Below, in pieces: positions 1-9,070 of a stretch of DNA of 64,000 nucleotides (position 1 is the first letter of the stretch; every line of letters begins with the position of its first letter). Origin of the DNA: Bacteroidales bacterium (GTDB lineage: Bacteria > Bacteroidota > Bacteroidia > Bacteroidales > UBA932); the NCBI GenBank assembly GCA_017428035.1, contig JAFRRR010000132.1, positions 1,535-65,534 on the forward strand. Reading direction: 5' to 3'. The translations under genes and the position numbers were made by a program. A model generated the notes under the pieces. That model saw only the letters and a list, made by a program, of their open reading frames with translations, made no database searches and had not been told where the DNA came from.

Positions 1-883
1 ACATGGAGCCTATGGAACCACGGGCCTGGGTGTCGGTTGGAGTGTGGGCGATGCACCAGATGGTTTCCTTGGCGGTGCGTGCATTTGCAAAGTAGGTGGG
101 CAGGTTGGCGGTGGGCTCAAGATTGGCCGAAGGGTCGCTGCCAAGCATCTCGTTGCAGAGATCCAAGCATTCCTGGTTCTTTTCCATATAGAGGTATACG
201 CGGGTCAGCAGACCGGCGGCTGCATCGTAGCTCACAAAGCCCTTGTCGCCGCGGCTGCTCTTGCCCTTCATGAGTTCCATAGCCTTCTTGAGGTCTTCCA
301 CAATCTGGTCGTAAACCTTGTATACGGTTTCGCGATGGGTCTCGGAGCAGTCGGTGGAGGTACGGAGCACTACGCCAAGGGTGTTCTCGTCGCTGAGGGT
401 GTACAGCTTGGAGTAGAGGATAGACAGATGGAAGTGGCCGAGGGCGCGGAAGAAGTAGTTCTCGCCCAGCATATGGTCACTGGTAGAGCCGGCTCCTTCG
501 GGGATAGCCTCGATGTTGGAATTGGCTGCGTAAATCACCTTGTATGCAACCCACCACATATAGAAGTTGGACTTCTGAGAGCCGAAGTCATTGTAGCGAA
601 TCTGCTGGCAGAGAGGGTCGCTGGTCTCACCTGACAGGCATACATTGTCGCCGCGGAACTCGGTCATCTGGAATATCAGACGGACGTATTCCATACCGTC
701 GATAGTCTTGCCGCGGTATTGCTGACCGTCCTTGAATATCGAGTAGATACCGTCGGTGGTATAAACCGCCGCATCGGGATTCTCCTTAAGCATGTTGGAG
801 GTCATCACGTCCGACCTATAGAAGTCCATGTTGCAGGAAGCCAGGGCCAGAAGGGCGATTGTGTAAAGTATTATTTTTTTCAT
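1..883 (-). CDS. SusD/RagB-family nutrient-binding lipoprotein, N-terminal ~294 codons only (rest lies left of window); paralog of 899..2638
   Basis: Absent from the ORF track because there is no stop in the window. My reverse translation from ATG 883..881 gives MKKIILYTIALLALASCNMDFYRSDVMTS...GENYFFRALGHFHLSILYSK...LLTRVYLYMEKNQEC. It has a lipobox (LASC) and is colinear with, and about half identical to, the neighbouring SusD. Confidence 0.85.
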   Translation of the reverse strand, partial: MKKIILYTIALLALASCNMDFYRSDVMTSNMLKENPDAAVYTTDGIYSIFKDGQQYRGKTIDGMEYVRLIFQMTEFRGDNVCLSGETSDPLCQQIRYNDFGSQKSNFYMWWVAYKVIYAANSNIEAIPEGAGSTSDHMLGENYFFRALGHFHLSILYSKLYTLSDENTLGVVLRTSTDCSETHRETVYKVYDQIVEDLKKAMELMKGKSSRGDKGFVSYDAAAGLLTRVYLYMEKNQECLDLCNEMLGSDPSANLEPTANLPTYFANARTAKETIWCIAHTPTDTQARGSIGSM

Positions 884-898
884 ATAGTAAATCGTTCT

Positions 899-2638
899 TT
901 ATTGATTAGTGCCTTTACCCGGATTCTGAGGAATGCCGCTAACGAGGATTTCGTCGGCCGGGATTGCAAAAAGGAATTCATCACAGTCATAGGGGTACTC
1001 CTTCCAGGGTTGTACACCTGCAAACTTGTGGCTGATGTTCCGCTTGTTGCGGATCAGGTCAAAGGGGCGCTGGGCCTCAAAGCAGAGCTCCATACGGCGT
1101 TCGTCAAGCACTACGTCCAGGACATCGGTATACTCATGGGTGCGGCATTCTGCCATATTGGCCCACTCGTGGATGCCGGCGCGGCGGCGCAGTACGTTCA
1201 CATCCTTGATAGCCTCTTCGTCGTGCCCGAGTTTGGCATTGGCTTCGGCGCGGTTAAGGATTACTTCCGCCCAGCGGATCATTACGGGAGAGCACAGATT
1301 GGGGTCTCCGTCCTGATTTGCGAACTTGGTGTTGTAGTACTGCGGATAGGTGTTGCGCGTGCCCTTTGCAAAGTCGCAGTTGTCGCGGACATACACGGGT
1401 GTCTCCTGGCCTTCATAAGTGATGAAGTATTGGGGATAGCCGTTATTCACGCCGGGTTTTGACTTGCGCACGGCGGTGTAGTTCTTGTTCATGTAAGAGA
1501 ATGTCACATTGCCGTTGGCGTCGGGAGTGAGACCTTTGTCCGCGCCGGCCACTATGGCGTTGGAGCGGAAGAAGTTCTTGCCGTCGTCAATGGGCCAGTG
1601 TACCATCTTGGTTCCGTCGTCAAGCTTGCCGTATTGCACGAAGAATGCATTGAAACGGGCATCCTGGGGGTAGCGGAGGAAGAGTTCCATTAGAGGGTCG
1701 GTCCAGTATACCTCGCCCCAGCCTTCACCTCCGGTACCGTTGGGAGAGAAGTACATAGAGCCCAGGGAGCTGCGTCCCACCGCATCCTGAGGCGTACAGG
1801 CAACACACCAGAGGGTCTCCTTGGAGGTGCGGGTGCGGGTGTAATAGTCCGCCAGGCCGGAAGTCGGCTCAAGATTGGCAGAAGGGTCTCCGCTCAGCAG
1901 CTCGTTGCAGAGGGCCAGGCACTCCTCGTTTTTCTCCATGTAGAGATAAACGCGGGTAAGGAGAGCGCGGGCTGCATCGTAGCCTATGTAGCCGGCATCA
2001 CCGCGGCGGGAATTGCCCTGCATAAGTTCTATAGCCTTCTTTAGGTCTGCCTCGATCTTGTCGTATACCAGACCGACGGTGGAACGCTCTGTCACCGAAC
2101 AGTCGGTGGAAGTGCGCAGAACCACGCCAGGATTTTCCCTGCCGAGGGGATATTGCTTTGAATACAGGCAGCTCAGGCACAGGTGGCAGAACGCCCGCAT
2201 AAAGTAGTTTTCTCCAAGAAGCTGGTTGTTGGAAGGTTCACCTTCCGGCAGCATCTCAATAATGGAATTTGCCGAATAGATGATCTTGTAGCAGCACCAC
2301 CAGAAATAGTAGGAGTGTTTCAGTTCGGGGGTGTCGTCGTAGCAGGCCGAGTTGTATATGGGAGACGAGGTGGTGCCGGAAAGCATCGCGTTGTCGCCGC
2401 GCATCTCGGTCATATGGTTCCACATCTTTATGAATGTAAGACCATTGTCAGACTTGCCCCTGTATTTCATCGAATCCTTGAACATCGAGTAGTTGCCGTC
2501 GGTAGAATACACGGCGGCACTAGGGTCGCTCTTGAGCTGCGAGGATGTCATCGTATCGCTGCGATAGAAATCCATATTGCAGCCCCAGAGAACAAGGGCT
2601 CCGATTAATAATAGGATTATGTCAAGTCTTTTACGCAT
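899..2638 (-). CDS. SusD/RagB-family nutrient-binding outer-membrane lipoprotein
   Basis: 579 aa with lipobox LWGC. SusD-like segments present (GENYFMRAF, LLTRVYLYMEKNEEC, WAEVILNRAEANAKLG). Start lies 11 nt after the stop of a SusC-like gene. Confidence 0.9.
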   Translation of the reverse strand: MRKRLDIILLLIGALVLWGCNMDFYRSDTMTSSQLKSDPSAAVYSTDGNYSMFKDSMKYRGKSDNGLTFIKMWNHMTEMRGDNAMLSGTTSSPIYNSACYDDTPELKHSYYFWWCCYKIIYSANSIIEMLPEGEPSNNQLLGENYFMRAFCHLCLSCLYSKQYPLGRENPGVVLRTSTDCSVTERSTVGLVYDKIEADLKKAIELMQGNSRRGDAGYIGYDAARALLTRVYLYMEKNEECLALCNELLSGDPSANLEPTSGLADYYTRTRTSKETLWCVACTPQDAVGRSSLGSMYFSPNGTGGEGWGEVYWTDPLMELFLRYPQDARFNAFFVQYGKLDDGTKMVHWPIDDGKNFFRSNAIVAGADKGLTPDANGNVTFSYMNKNYTAVRKSKPGVNNGYPQYFITYEGQETPVYVRDNCDFAKGTRNTYPQYYNTKFANQDGDPNLCSPVMIRWAEVILNRAEANAKLGHDEEAIKDVNVLRRRAGIHEWANMAECRTHEYTDVLDVVLDERRMELCFEAQRPFDLIRNKRNISHKFAGVQPWKEYPYDCDEFLFAIPADEILVSGIPQNPGKGTNQ

Positions 2639-2649
2639 AGAACGGCAGA

Positions 2650-5600
2650 TTAGAACTTGATGTCAACACCCAGGGAAACGGCCATAGGCACCGGATAGTT
2701 GTTGCTGTAGGAGCCGGCCAGACGGTATTCCGAACCTTCGAGCTGAACCTCGGGGTCCATACCGGAGAAGCGGGAGAGAGTCCACAGGTTGTCTGCGGTT
2801 GCGAATACGCGTGCGCTGGACATTCCGATATGTTTGATGACGTTTACGGGGAGGTCATAGCTCAGGGTCACGTTTCTCAGACGGAAGAAGCTGCCGTCCT
2901 CGAGCTGACGGGAAGAAGGCTTGCAGGAGTTCTTGTTACCGTTGAGCACGAGTCTGGGGTGGGTAGCTGCATAGTTGAGACCGTAGGGGTCATCTTTCTC
3001 CCAGCGGATCCAACCCAGGCCATTGTCGTGAGACATCTGGTTGTAGTCGGTGTAAGCACCGTCGGAGTCCATCACGCAGCGGGTGTAGTTGAATACCTTG
3101 TTGCCGTAGATGAAGCTGCCGTTTGCACTGAGGGTGAGGCCCTTCCAGCTGAAAGCCATATTCAGACCGCCGCTGAACATAGGAGAAGCGGTGCCCACGA
3201 ACTGGGCTGTTGCCAGTGCATAGTCGTTGGTCGGGGTAACTGAGCCGTCTTCGTTTACGTGCTCCCACAGGGGGTCACCATTTTCTACGTCAACACCGAT
3301 CCACTTGGGAATGAACCAGGAGTAGATGTCGCGGCCCACGGAAATCTTCTGGTTGTAACCGGAAGAGGTGGTCTGCAGGATGTCGTCGGGATTGCCGTCG
3401 CCGTCGCCGTCAGGCAGGCTGATCACGCGGTTCTGGTTGAAGCCGATGTTGAAACCGGCATCCCAGCGGAAATCGCCAAGCTTGAGTATGGTGCCGTCAA
3501 TTGCGAACTCAATACCACGGTTGCGTACGGTTCCGCGGTTGTCCATAAACTCGAAGAAGCCTGTGGAAGTTGCGGTGGGAACTGCAAGCAGCAGGTTGGT
3601 ATTGATTGTATTATAAAGGTCAACTGTGATGTTTACGTTGTTCTTGAGGGTAGCATCGATACCGAAGCTGGCCATATAAGCCTCCTCCCAGCCAAGACGG
3701 GGGTTGGCCTGCTGAGAGAGGACGGCTGCAGTGATGCCCTCGTAGTTGGGCTCCAGCACGTAGATGTCCTGATAGCGGAATGCGGCAATGTTGTCATTAC
3801 CGGTCTTACCGTAACCGGCGCGTACTTTCAGGAAACTGATGAAGTCCTGGCCTTTCATAAAGTCCTCGTTGCTGATGATCCAGGCTGCGGAACCGCCCGG
3901 GAAGTAACCGCCGCGGTTCAGAGGGCCGAACTTGTAGCTCTCGTCGTAGCGGATGGAACCGGTCAGGATGTATTTGCCCATCAGGGTGTATTGAGCCTGT
4001 GCAAGGAGTGCCCAGGTGCGGCTGTGATAGTCATAGCCCGAAGATTCGATGGTGCTGGGGGCGCAGTTGCTTATTGAGCGCTGGCCGGCAGGCATATTCT
4101 TACCTTCGGTGCTGAGGCTGCGGGTGTAACCCTCGCCATATTCCCAGCCAACAATAGCGCTCACGTCGTGAATGCCATTGAATACGTTGTGGAACTTGAG
4201 CAAGTCGGTGGTGCCCCAGCCGTTCCACTCACTGTCGGAGTTGGAGAGGTGTCCGTTGTTTGCATATGACGGGGACTGGGTGCGGGGATCGATATAAGAC
4301 TCCCAGAAGTCGTTGGAAGTATCGTAGCGGTTGGTAGAGGTAAAGCTCAACCAGTCGGTGATGTTCCAGATGAACTGCAGGTCGGCCACTACGCTTTCGC
4401 CGTGCCCCTTGTTGTAGTTGTAAAGCTCGTTGTGGAGAATGTTGTACTTGTCGTGTGAGTACCAGGGCTTGCCGTTATCGTTACGTGCAGGAGAGTTCAC
4501 AAGCAGCACTTCGTCGGTGATGTTGCCGTCTGCGTCAATCACGTAAGGGATATCCCAAGGGAGGGCGCGGTATGCGCATTCGAGGGTTACATAAGAAGAT
4601 TCCTCACGGGAAGAGGAACGCTTGTAGCTCACGCGGGCGTTCATTGTCAAGCGGTCAGTGATGGCTGTGGACAAGTTTACGCGGGCAGAAGTACGCTTGT
4701 AGTTGGTGTTGATGAGGGTGCCGTTTTCATTGAAGTGGTCCAAACTAACAAAGTAGTTGGTACGGCCGCTCTTGCCGCCTACTGAAGCGTAGTAATTCTG
4801 AACGTTACCCAGACGGAAGCTGTTGTTAACCCAGTCGAAATCCTGAGTGAGAAGCTCTTCGGGACGCTGGCTGGGGAAGATCATCTTGGAGTACATCTTC
4901 TTCTGGGTGTAGTAGAGTTCCTCGGAATTCATAGCTTTAAAGCGACCTGTGAGGGCTTTCTTGATACCGTAGGAAGCCTTGAAGTTAACTACCGGCTTGT
5001 CCTGCTTTGCGCTCTTGGTGGTAACGACAATGACACCGCCGGCAGCGGAAGCACCGTAAAGCGCGGTGGCAGCCGCATCCTTAAGTACGGTGAGGGTCTC
5101 GACGTCGTTGGGGTTGAAGTCGCCGCCGGCAACACCGTCAACCACGTACAGAGGACCTGCACCGGCGCTGATGGAGCCGGTACCGCGGATGCGGATTGCT
5201 GCTTCCTGACCGGGCTGGCCGGAGGAATTCATGGCAACCACGCCGGCAACCTTACCCTGCAGCATATTGCCGACATCGGGTGACGTTACGTCGGTGAGTT
5301 TCTCGCCGCTCATGGAAACAACGGCACTTGAAAGCTCGGCTTTCTTCTGAGTGGTGTAACCCAGCACGACAACTTCGTCCAGAAGGAGGTTGTCGGGCTG
5401 CAGCTTGACGTCGATGCGCGTGCGGTCGCCTACCTGCTCGGTTACAGTCTTGTAGCCGATGCTGGAGATGGTGAGGGTGGCTGCAGGAGATGCAGAAAGC
5501 ACGTAGTTACCGTCATAGTCGGTAACAGTACCGCCACCGTTGGAAGCTACTACTCCGGCGCCGATAACGGGTTCGCCGGTGGATGCGTCCAGCACCCTGC

Positions 5601-5688
5601 CGACAACCTGATGCGTCTGAGCGAACATCTGCGACGAGATGGCCAGCAGTGCCAGCGCTATCGTCAGAATTCGAATTGATTTTTTCAT
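2650..5688 (-). CDS. SusC/RagA-family TonB-dependent outer-membrane transporter
   Basis: 1012 aa. Signal peptide, carboxypeptidase-regulatory-like N-domain (VVGRVLDASTGEPVIGAGVV...DYDGNYVL), plug (TVLKDAAATALYGASAAGGVIVVTTK), C-terminal ...SLGVDIKF. No STN signalling domain. Confidence 0.95.
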   Translation of the reverse strand: MKKSIRILTIALALLAISSQMFAQTHQVVGRVLDASTGEPVIGAGVVASNGGGTVTDYDGNYVLSASPAATLTISSIGYKTVTEQVGDRTRIDVKLQPDNLLLDEVVVLGYTTQKKAELSSAVVSMSGEKLTDVTSPDVGNMLQGKVAGVVAMNSSGQPGQEAAIRIRGTGSISAGAGPLYVVDGVAGGDFNPNDVETLTVLKDAAATALYGASAAGGVIVVTTKSAKQDKPVVNFKASYGIKKALTGRFKAMNSEELYYTQKKMYSKMIFPSQRPEELLTQDFDWVNNSFRLGNVQNYYASVGGKSGRTNYFVSLDHFNENGTLINTNYKRTSARVNLSTAITDRLTMNARVSYKRSSSREESSYVTLECAYRALPWDIPYVIDADGNITDEVLLVNSPARNDNGKPWYSHDKYNILHNELYNYNKGHGESVVADLQFIWNITDWLSFTSTNRYDTSNDFWESYIDPRTQSPSYANNGHLSNSDSEWNGWGTTDLLKFHNVFNGIHDVSAIVGWEYGEGYTRSLSTEGKNMPAGQRSISNCAPSTIESSGYDYHSRTWALLAQAQYTLMGKYILTGSIRYDESYKFGPLNRGGYFPGGSAAWIISNEDFMKGQDFISFLKVRAGYGKTGNDNIAAFRYQDIYVLEPNYEGITAAVLSQQANPRLGWEEAYMASFGIDATLKNNVNITVDLYNTINTNLLLAVPTATSTGFFEFMDNRGTVRNRGIEFAIDGTILKLGDFRWDAGFNIGFNQNRVISLPDGDGDGNPDDILQTTSSGYNQKISVGRDIYSWFIPKWIGVDVENGDPLWEHVNEDGSVTPTNDYALATAQFVGTASPMFSGGLNMAFSWKGLTLSANGSFIYGNKVFNYTRCVMDSDGAYTDYNQMSHDNGLGWIRWEKDDPYGLNYAATHPRLVLNGNKNSCKPSSRQLEDGSFFRLRNVTLSYDLPVNVIKHIGMSSARVFATADNLWTLSRFSGMDPEVQLEGSEYRLAGSYSNNYPVPMAVSLGVDIKF

Positions 5689-5727
5689 CTGGTTTTTAAT
5701 TAATATATAAATGCAAATATCCTTTAA

Positions 5728-6954
5728 TTATAACAGGTCATTCAATCCTATCAGGTTGAAGGCGCGGAAGTATTTGTCCATGTCGCGCTCTATGCGGCCC
5801 AGGACAACTTCCTCAGCATCAATGCCAAGGCGGCCGAGGTTTTCATACAGGAATCCGCGGGCGGCCAGGGTGCGGGGCTGCTGCCAGATGTAGCGGCAGC
5901 AGGTGGCCACGATCCAGTCCTGACGGTCGGGTGTAAGTTCCGTGAGGTCCTTGCCCAACTCATCTTCGTGGAGCCATTTCTCCCAGCGGTGGGAGTCGTG
6001 TACCTCTGCTATGAGGGTGTCGCGCATATTGGAGAGTACTGCAACCTTGCCCTCTGCCTCGAACTTTTTCTCAAGCTCTTCCAGCTCGCACAGGGCGCGG
6101 TATTCGCCCATTGTGAACTCGGGGCCCACGTTGGCGGCGCCCATCCCGCAGAGGGGATACTCCTCGGGGTTGGCTACATCATCGGTATAATGACCTTTGA
6201 TGTAGCTTCCCAGAGGACGGACTTTAGCCGTAAGACGACGGGCCACTTCGCCATCGAAGATGGTGGTGTCCAAGTCGGTACCAACCTTTCCGACTATGAA
6301 ACACGGCCAGACGTCGGGCAGTCCTGCACCAACCAATCCTAATTTCAAATCACTTATGAAAGTATCAAAAGTTGTTTCATCTGCAAGTCCGCCGTGGACC
6401 TCTTCTGTGCCCACCTCGTAGGATATGGGGGCGATGCCCTTCTCCTTGCGGAACTTCTCTACGTGCGCAATCAGCTCCACGGTGCGCTTTGCCACCAGGT
6501 GGATGTCTATTGTCTCCCCTTTGGGGACGTTGATGTCCACGGTGGGGTCCACGTGTATCAAATCATAACCGGCCAGAACAGCTGCTTCGAAAGACTTCTT
6601 TACTCCGTTCATGGCGTCTTCCGTGCTCCACTTTTCGGTACGCTGCCTGTCCTTGAGCCAGGGGCCGCCGTGGTCGATGGCTATGATCACCGGGCCGGTG
6701 AAATTGACGCGTTCCGTTTCGAAACGCACCGTGCGCACGAATGCCTCCTGGGTCATTCCGGTATAGCCGCCGTCGCAGTCAATCTGGTTGAGTGTGGCTG
6801 CGAAATAAATGGGCGCGTTGTTGCGCTTTGCGGCGCGCAGGCTGGCGCGGATCACAGTGGGAGAGTTGGGGCAGGCCGCGAATATGGTGCGGGGGATGCC
6901 GGTCTCCTTCTGGAGCTGGTCGATTCTCTGAAGCAGTTTCTCTGTCTTGCGCAT
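5728..6954 (-). CDS. agaZ: GatZ/KbaZ/AgaZ-family protein (tagatose-bisphosphate aldolase accessory subunit / tagatose-6-phosphate 4-epimerase family)
   Basis: 408 aa. N-terminal pattern IFAACPNSPTVIRASL...FAATLNQIDCDGGYTGMTQEAF...IAIDHGGPW matches the GatZ/KbaZ signature (SvCSAhP...EATsNQV..GGYTGM...GGDHLGP). Confidence 0.8.
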   Translation of the reverse strand: MRKTEKLLQRIDQLQKETGIPRTIFAACPNSPTVIRASLRAAKRNNAPIYFAATLNQIDCDGGYTGMTQEAFVRTVRFETERVNFTGPVIIAIDHGGPWLKDRQRTEKWSTEDAMNGVKKSFEAAVLAGYDLIHVDPTVDINVPKGETIDIHLVAKRTVELIAHVEKFRKEKGIAPISYEVGTEEVHGGLADETTFDTFISDLKLGLVGAGLPDVWPCFIVGKVGTDLDTTIFDGEVARRLTAKVRPLGSYIKGHYTDDVANPEEYPLCGMGAANVGPEFTMGEYRALCELEELEKKFEAEGKVAVLSNMRDTLIAEVHDSHRWEKWLHEDELGKDLTELTPDRQDWIVATCCRYIWQQPRTLAARGFLYENLGRLGIDAEEVVLGRIERDMDKYFRAFNLIGLNDLL

Positions 6955-6958
6955 ATTA

Positions 6959-8068
6959 TTATATATAGAGTGTTACTCCTTCTACAACACGGGAGATGTT
7001 GCCCGATACAGAAGGCGTGTCGGGGCACAGGCCCAAATTGATGGATTTGAACATTCCAAGCATCTGGGCGGTGAATACGTATGCCACGCAGCCATAGCAG
7101 GCGGGCATATCATCTTTGAAGCCGAGCTCTACACACAAGTCGGCAGGTACGCCTGGATTCTGGAGACATACCACCACACTGGCCTTCACGGTGTTGTTGG
7201 CCTGAATCTGCCTGATCAGATCCAACTCGTAGCGGCGGATCTTTTCAATAGGAGACACGAGGTATACCAGCAGGGATTCGGGATTCACCAAAGCCTTGGG
7301 GCCGTGACGGAACCCCAGGAACGAGTCAAAGGCGCACATAACGGCGCCGTCGGTGAGCTCCTGCAGTTTGAGGCGCGATTCCTCTGCAACACCCTGGAGA
7401 GGGCCGCTGCCCAGGAATATGGCGCGCTTGAAGTCGCGTCGGGTGAGCTGCTCTATTTCGCTTTCGTATTTATCCATTGCAGCCTTGACGCAGCTTGACA
7501 AGGTCTCGATATATTTCTTGTGCTCTTTCAGGCGGTCTATGTTGGCAATCATAGAGCAGGAGAGGAGCATAGTGGAGTAGCTGCTGGTCATTGCCAGGGA
7601 GAGGTCGTTGGTCTCGGGGGGCAGCAGCACGCACAGGATGTTGTCGCCCTTGCGCTGTGCAAGCTGACCATCTGCGTTGCAGGTGATAAAAATGTGTGCA
7701 ATGCGGCCGGCGGTGGCTTCAACTGCCTTTACTGCACCGATGCTTTCGGGGCTGTTGCCGCTGCGGGCAAATGAAATCAGCAGCACCTTGCTCTCCTTGT
7801 TGAAATAGAATTCGGGTGCCGTGAGGATATCGGTGGTGGCAATTGCGCGGGCGCCTCTGAACGGTGTGTCAAACAGTGCGGGTTCCAGTGCGTCACCTAT
7901 ATATGCGGAAGTACCGGCTCCGGTCATAATAATTTCGAAACCTTCCGAAACATAACGGTCTACGAAGGCTTTGATCTCATCCTTGCGCTTAAGTATTATG
8001 TCACAAGCCTTTAGCCACACTTCTGGCTGTTGTTTGATCTCTTTGTACGTGTATAAATCCTGTGTCAT
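6959..8068 (-). CDS. agaS: SIS-domain sugar-phosphate isomerase/deaminase, AgaS-like (galactosamine-6-phosphate deaminase type)
   Basis: 369 aa. YTYKEIKQQPEVW start typical of AgaS/GlmS-type SIS proteins. Two SIS modules (MTGAGTSAYIG...SFARSGNSPES). Confidence 0.8.
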   Translation of the reverse strand: MTQDLYTYKEIKQQPEVWLKACDIILKRKDEIKAFVDRYVSEGFEIIMTGAGTSAYIGDALEPALFDTPFRGARAIATTDILTAPEFYFNKESKVLLISFARSGNSPESIGAVKAVEATAGRIAHIFITCNADGQLAQRKGDNILCVLLPPETNDLSLAMTSSYSTMLLSCSMIANIDRLKEHKKYIETLSSCVKAAMDKYESEIEQLTRRDFKRAIFLGSGPLQGVAEESRLKLQELTDGAVMCAFDSFLGFRHGPKALVNPESLLVYLVSPIEKIRRYELDLIRQIQANNTVKASVVVCLQNPGVPADLCVELGFKDDMPACYGCVAYVFTAQMLGMFKSINLGLCPDTPSVSGNISRVVEGVTLYI

Positions 8069-8088
8069 CTTTTTGGTTTTTATCCGAA

Positions 8089-8096
8089 CAAAATTA
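8089..8096 (-). promoter_or_regulatory. Bacteroides-type -7 box (TAATTTTG on minus strand) upstream of agaS
   Basis: Plus-strand caaaatta is the reverse complement of TAnnTTTG. It lies 20 nt upstream of the agaS ATG (8068). Confidence 0.45.
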
Positions 8097-8112
8097 CAAA
8101 AAAATGCACATT

Positions 8113-8155
8113 GTTTCGGTTTATTCTGCAGAAAACGTTTCGCTTGGTTTCGCTT
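8113..8155 (-). promoter_or_regulatory. Candidate DeoR operator: three GTTTCG hexamers including the direct repeat GTTTCGCTT x2
   Basis: GTTTCG at 8113-8118, 8137-8142 and 8147-8152. GTTTCGCTT occurs at 8137-8145 and 8147-8155. Located just upstream of the agaS -7 box. Confidence 0.45.
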
Positions 8156-8166
8156 TGTTGCGGGTT

Positions 8167-8958
8167 TTACGGGTCAACGGTCTCTACGTTAACGTTCATA
8201 GACTTGAGCTGGTTTCGCATATTGGCGGGAAATCCGCTGTCGGTGATTATTGTGTTAAGTTTGTCAACCGAGGCGATGAATGCCAGCGCGCGCTTGCCCA
8301 CCTTGCTGGAATCAAACACTGCTATTACCTCGGAGGCGCGGGAAATCATCACTTGGTTGGTGCTGGCTTCCTCTACGTTGGGAGTGGAAAGACCCGATTC
8401 AACGCTGAAACTGTCCACGCCCAGGAAAAGCTTGTCGCAATAGAAAAGCTTGAGGTTGGATTCTGCCAGCGGCCCCACCACAGAAAGACTGGTTTCCCGC
8501 AGCAGGCCGCCCAGCATCATCACCTTGAAACGGCGGTATTTTACCGCTTCCATCATTGCGTTCACGGAGGTGGTTACTATTGTTAAATCATTGTAATTAT
8601 GTAGGTTACGAACAACTTCCAGGGTGGTTGTGCCGGAATCTATAAGAATGGTGTCGCCATCTTTTATGTGTGCTGCGGCAGCCCTGCCTATAGCCTGCTT
8701 TTCACGGGAGTTGACCATCTGCTTGAAACTGATGTTGTGCTCGTCCGGCTCTTTCTGGTTTGTGTTGCTCTCCATCAGAGCCCCACCGTGTACTCTGATC
8801 AGTAGCTTGCGGTCCTGGAGAATGCGGAGGTCCTTGCGGATGGTGACTTCGGAAACGCCAAACATATCCTTGAGTTGGGAAACGGTCACTGAAGAGTCCT
8901 CGCGAAGTTTCTGAAGAATAGCCGACCTGCGGCCCTGGGCGGTATCGTAGATTTTCAT
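8167..8958 (-). CDS. DeoR/GlpR-family transcriptional repressor (AgaR-like by context)
   Basis: 263 aa. N-terminal HTH (RRSAILQKLREDSSVTVSQLKDMFGVSEVTIRKDLRIL) and a C-terminal DeoR sugar-phosphate sensor domain. Confidence 0.9.
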   Translation of the reverse strand: MKIYDTAQGRRSAILQKLREDSSVTVSQLKDMFGVSEVTIRKDLRILQDRKLLIRVHGGALMESNTNQKEPDEHNISFKQMVNSREKQAIGRAAAAHIKDGDTILIDSGTTTLEVVRNLHNYNDLTIVTTSVNAMMEAVKYRRFKVMMLGGLLRETSLSVVGPLAESNLKLFYCDKLFLGVDSFSVESGLSTPNVEEASTNQVMISRASEVIAVFDSSKVGKRALAFIASVDKLNTIITDSGFPANMRNQLKSMNVNVETVDP

Positions 8959-8975
8959 AGTGTTTCGGTTTTATG

Positions 8976-8983
8976 CAAATATA
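8976..8983 (-). promoter_or_regulatory. -7 box TATATTTG (minus strand) for the DeoR gene
   Basis: Plus-strand caaatata; 17 nt upstream of ATG 8958. Confidence 0.45.
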
Positions 8984-9037
8984 GTAATATTTCGATATGA
9001 AACAAAGCGAAATCGAAAATCTTTCGAAAAAAAAGAT

Positions 9038-9045
9038 TATATTTG
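9038..9045 (+). promoter_or_regulatory. -7 box TATATTTG for the kinase/GH36/phosphatase/GH109 operon
   Basis: Exact TAnnTTTG match, 25 nt upstream of ATG 9071. Confidence 0.5.
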
Positions 9046-9070
9046 TACCGTAGAGAAAAATCGAAACCCT

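Larger units (their letters stand above)
8962..9067. promoter_or_regulatory. Divergent control region with seven TTTCG/CGAAA cores, including the palindrome TTTCGAAA
   Basis: Cores at 8963(+), 8990(+), 9008(-), 9014(-), 9022/9025 (palindrome TTTCGAAA 9022-9029) and 9062(-). About 0.2 would be expected by chance in 112 nt. Confidence 0.5.
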
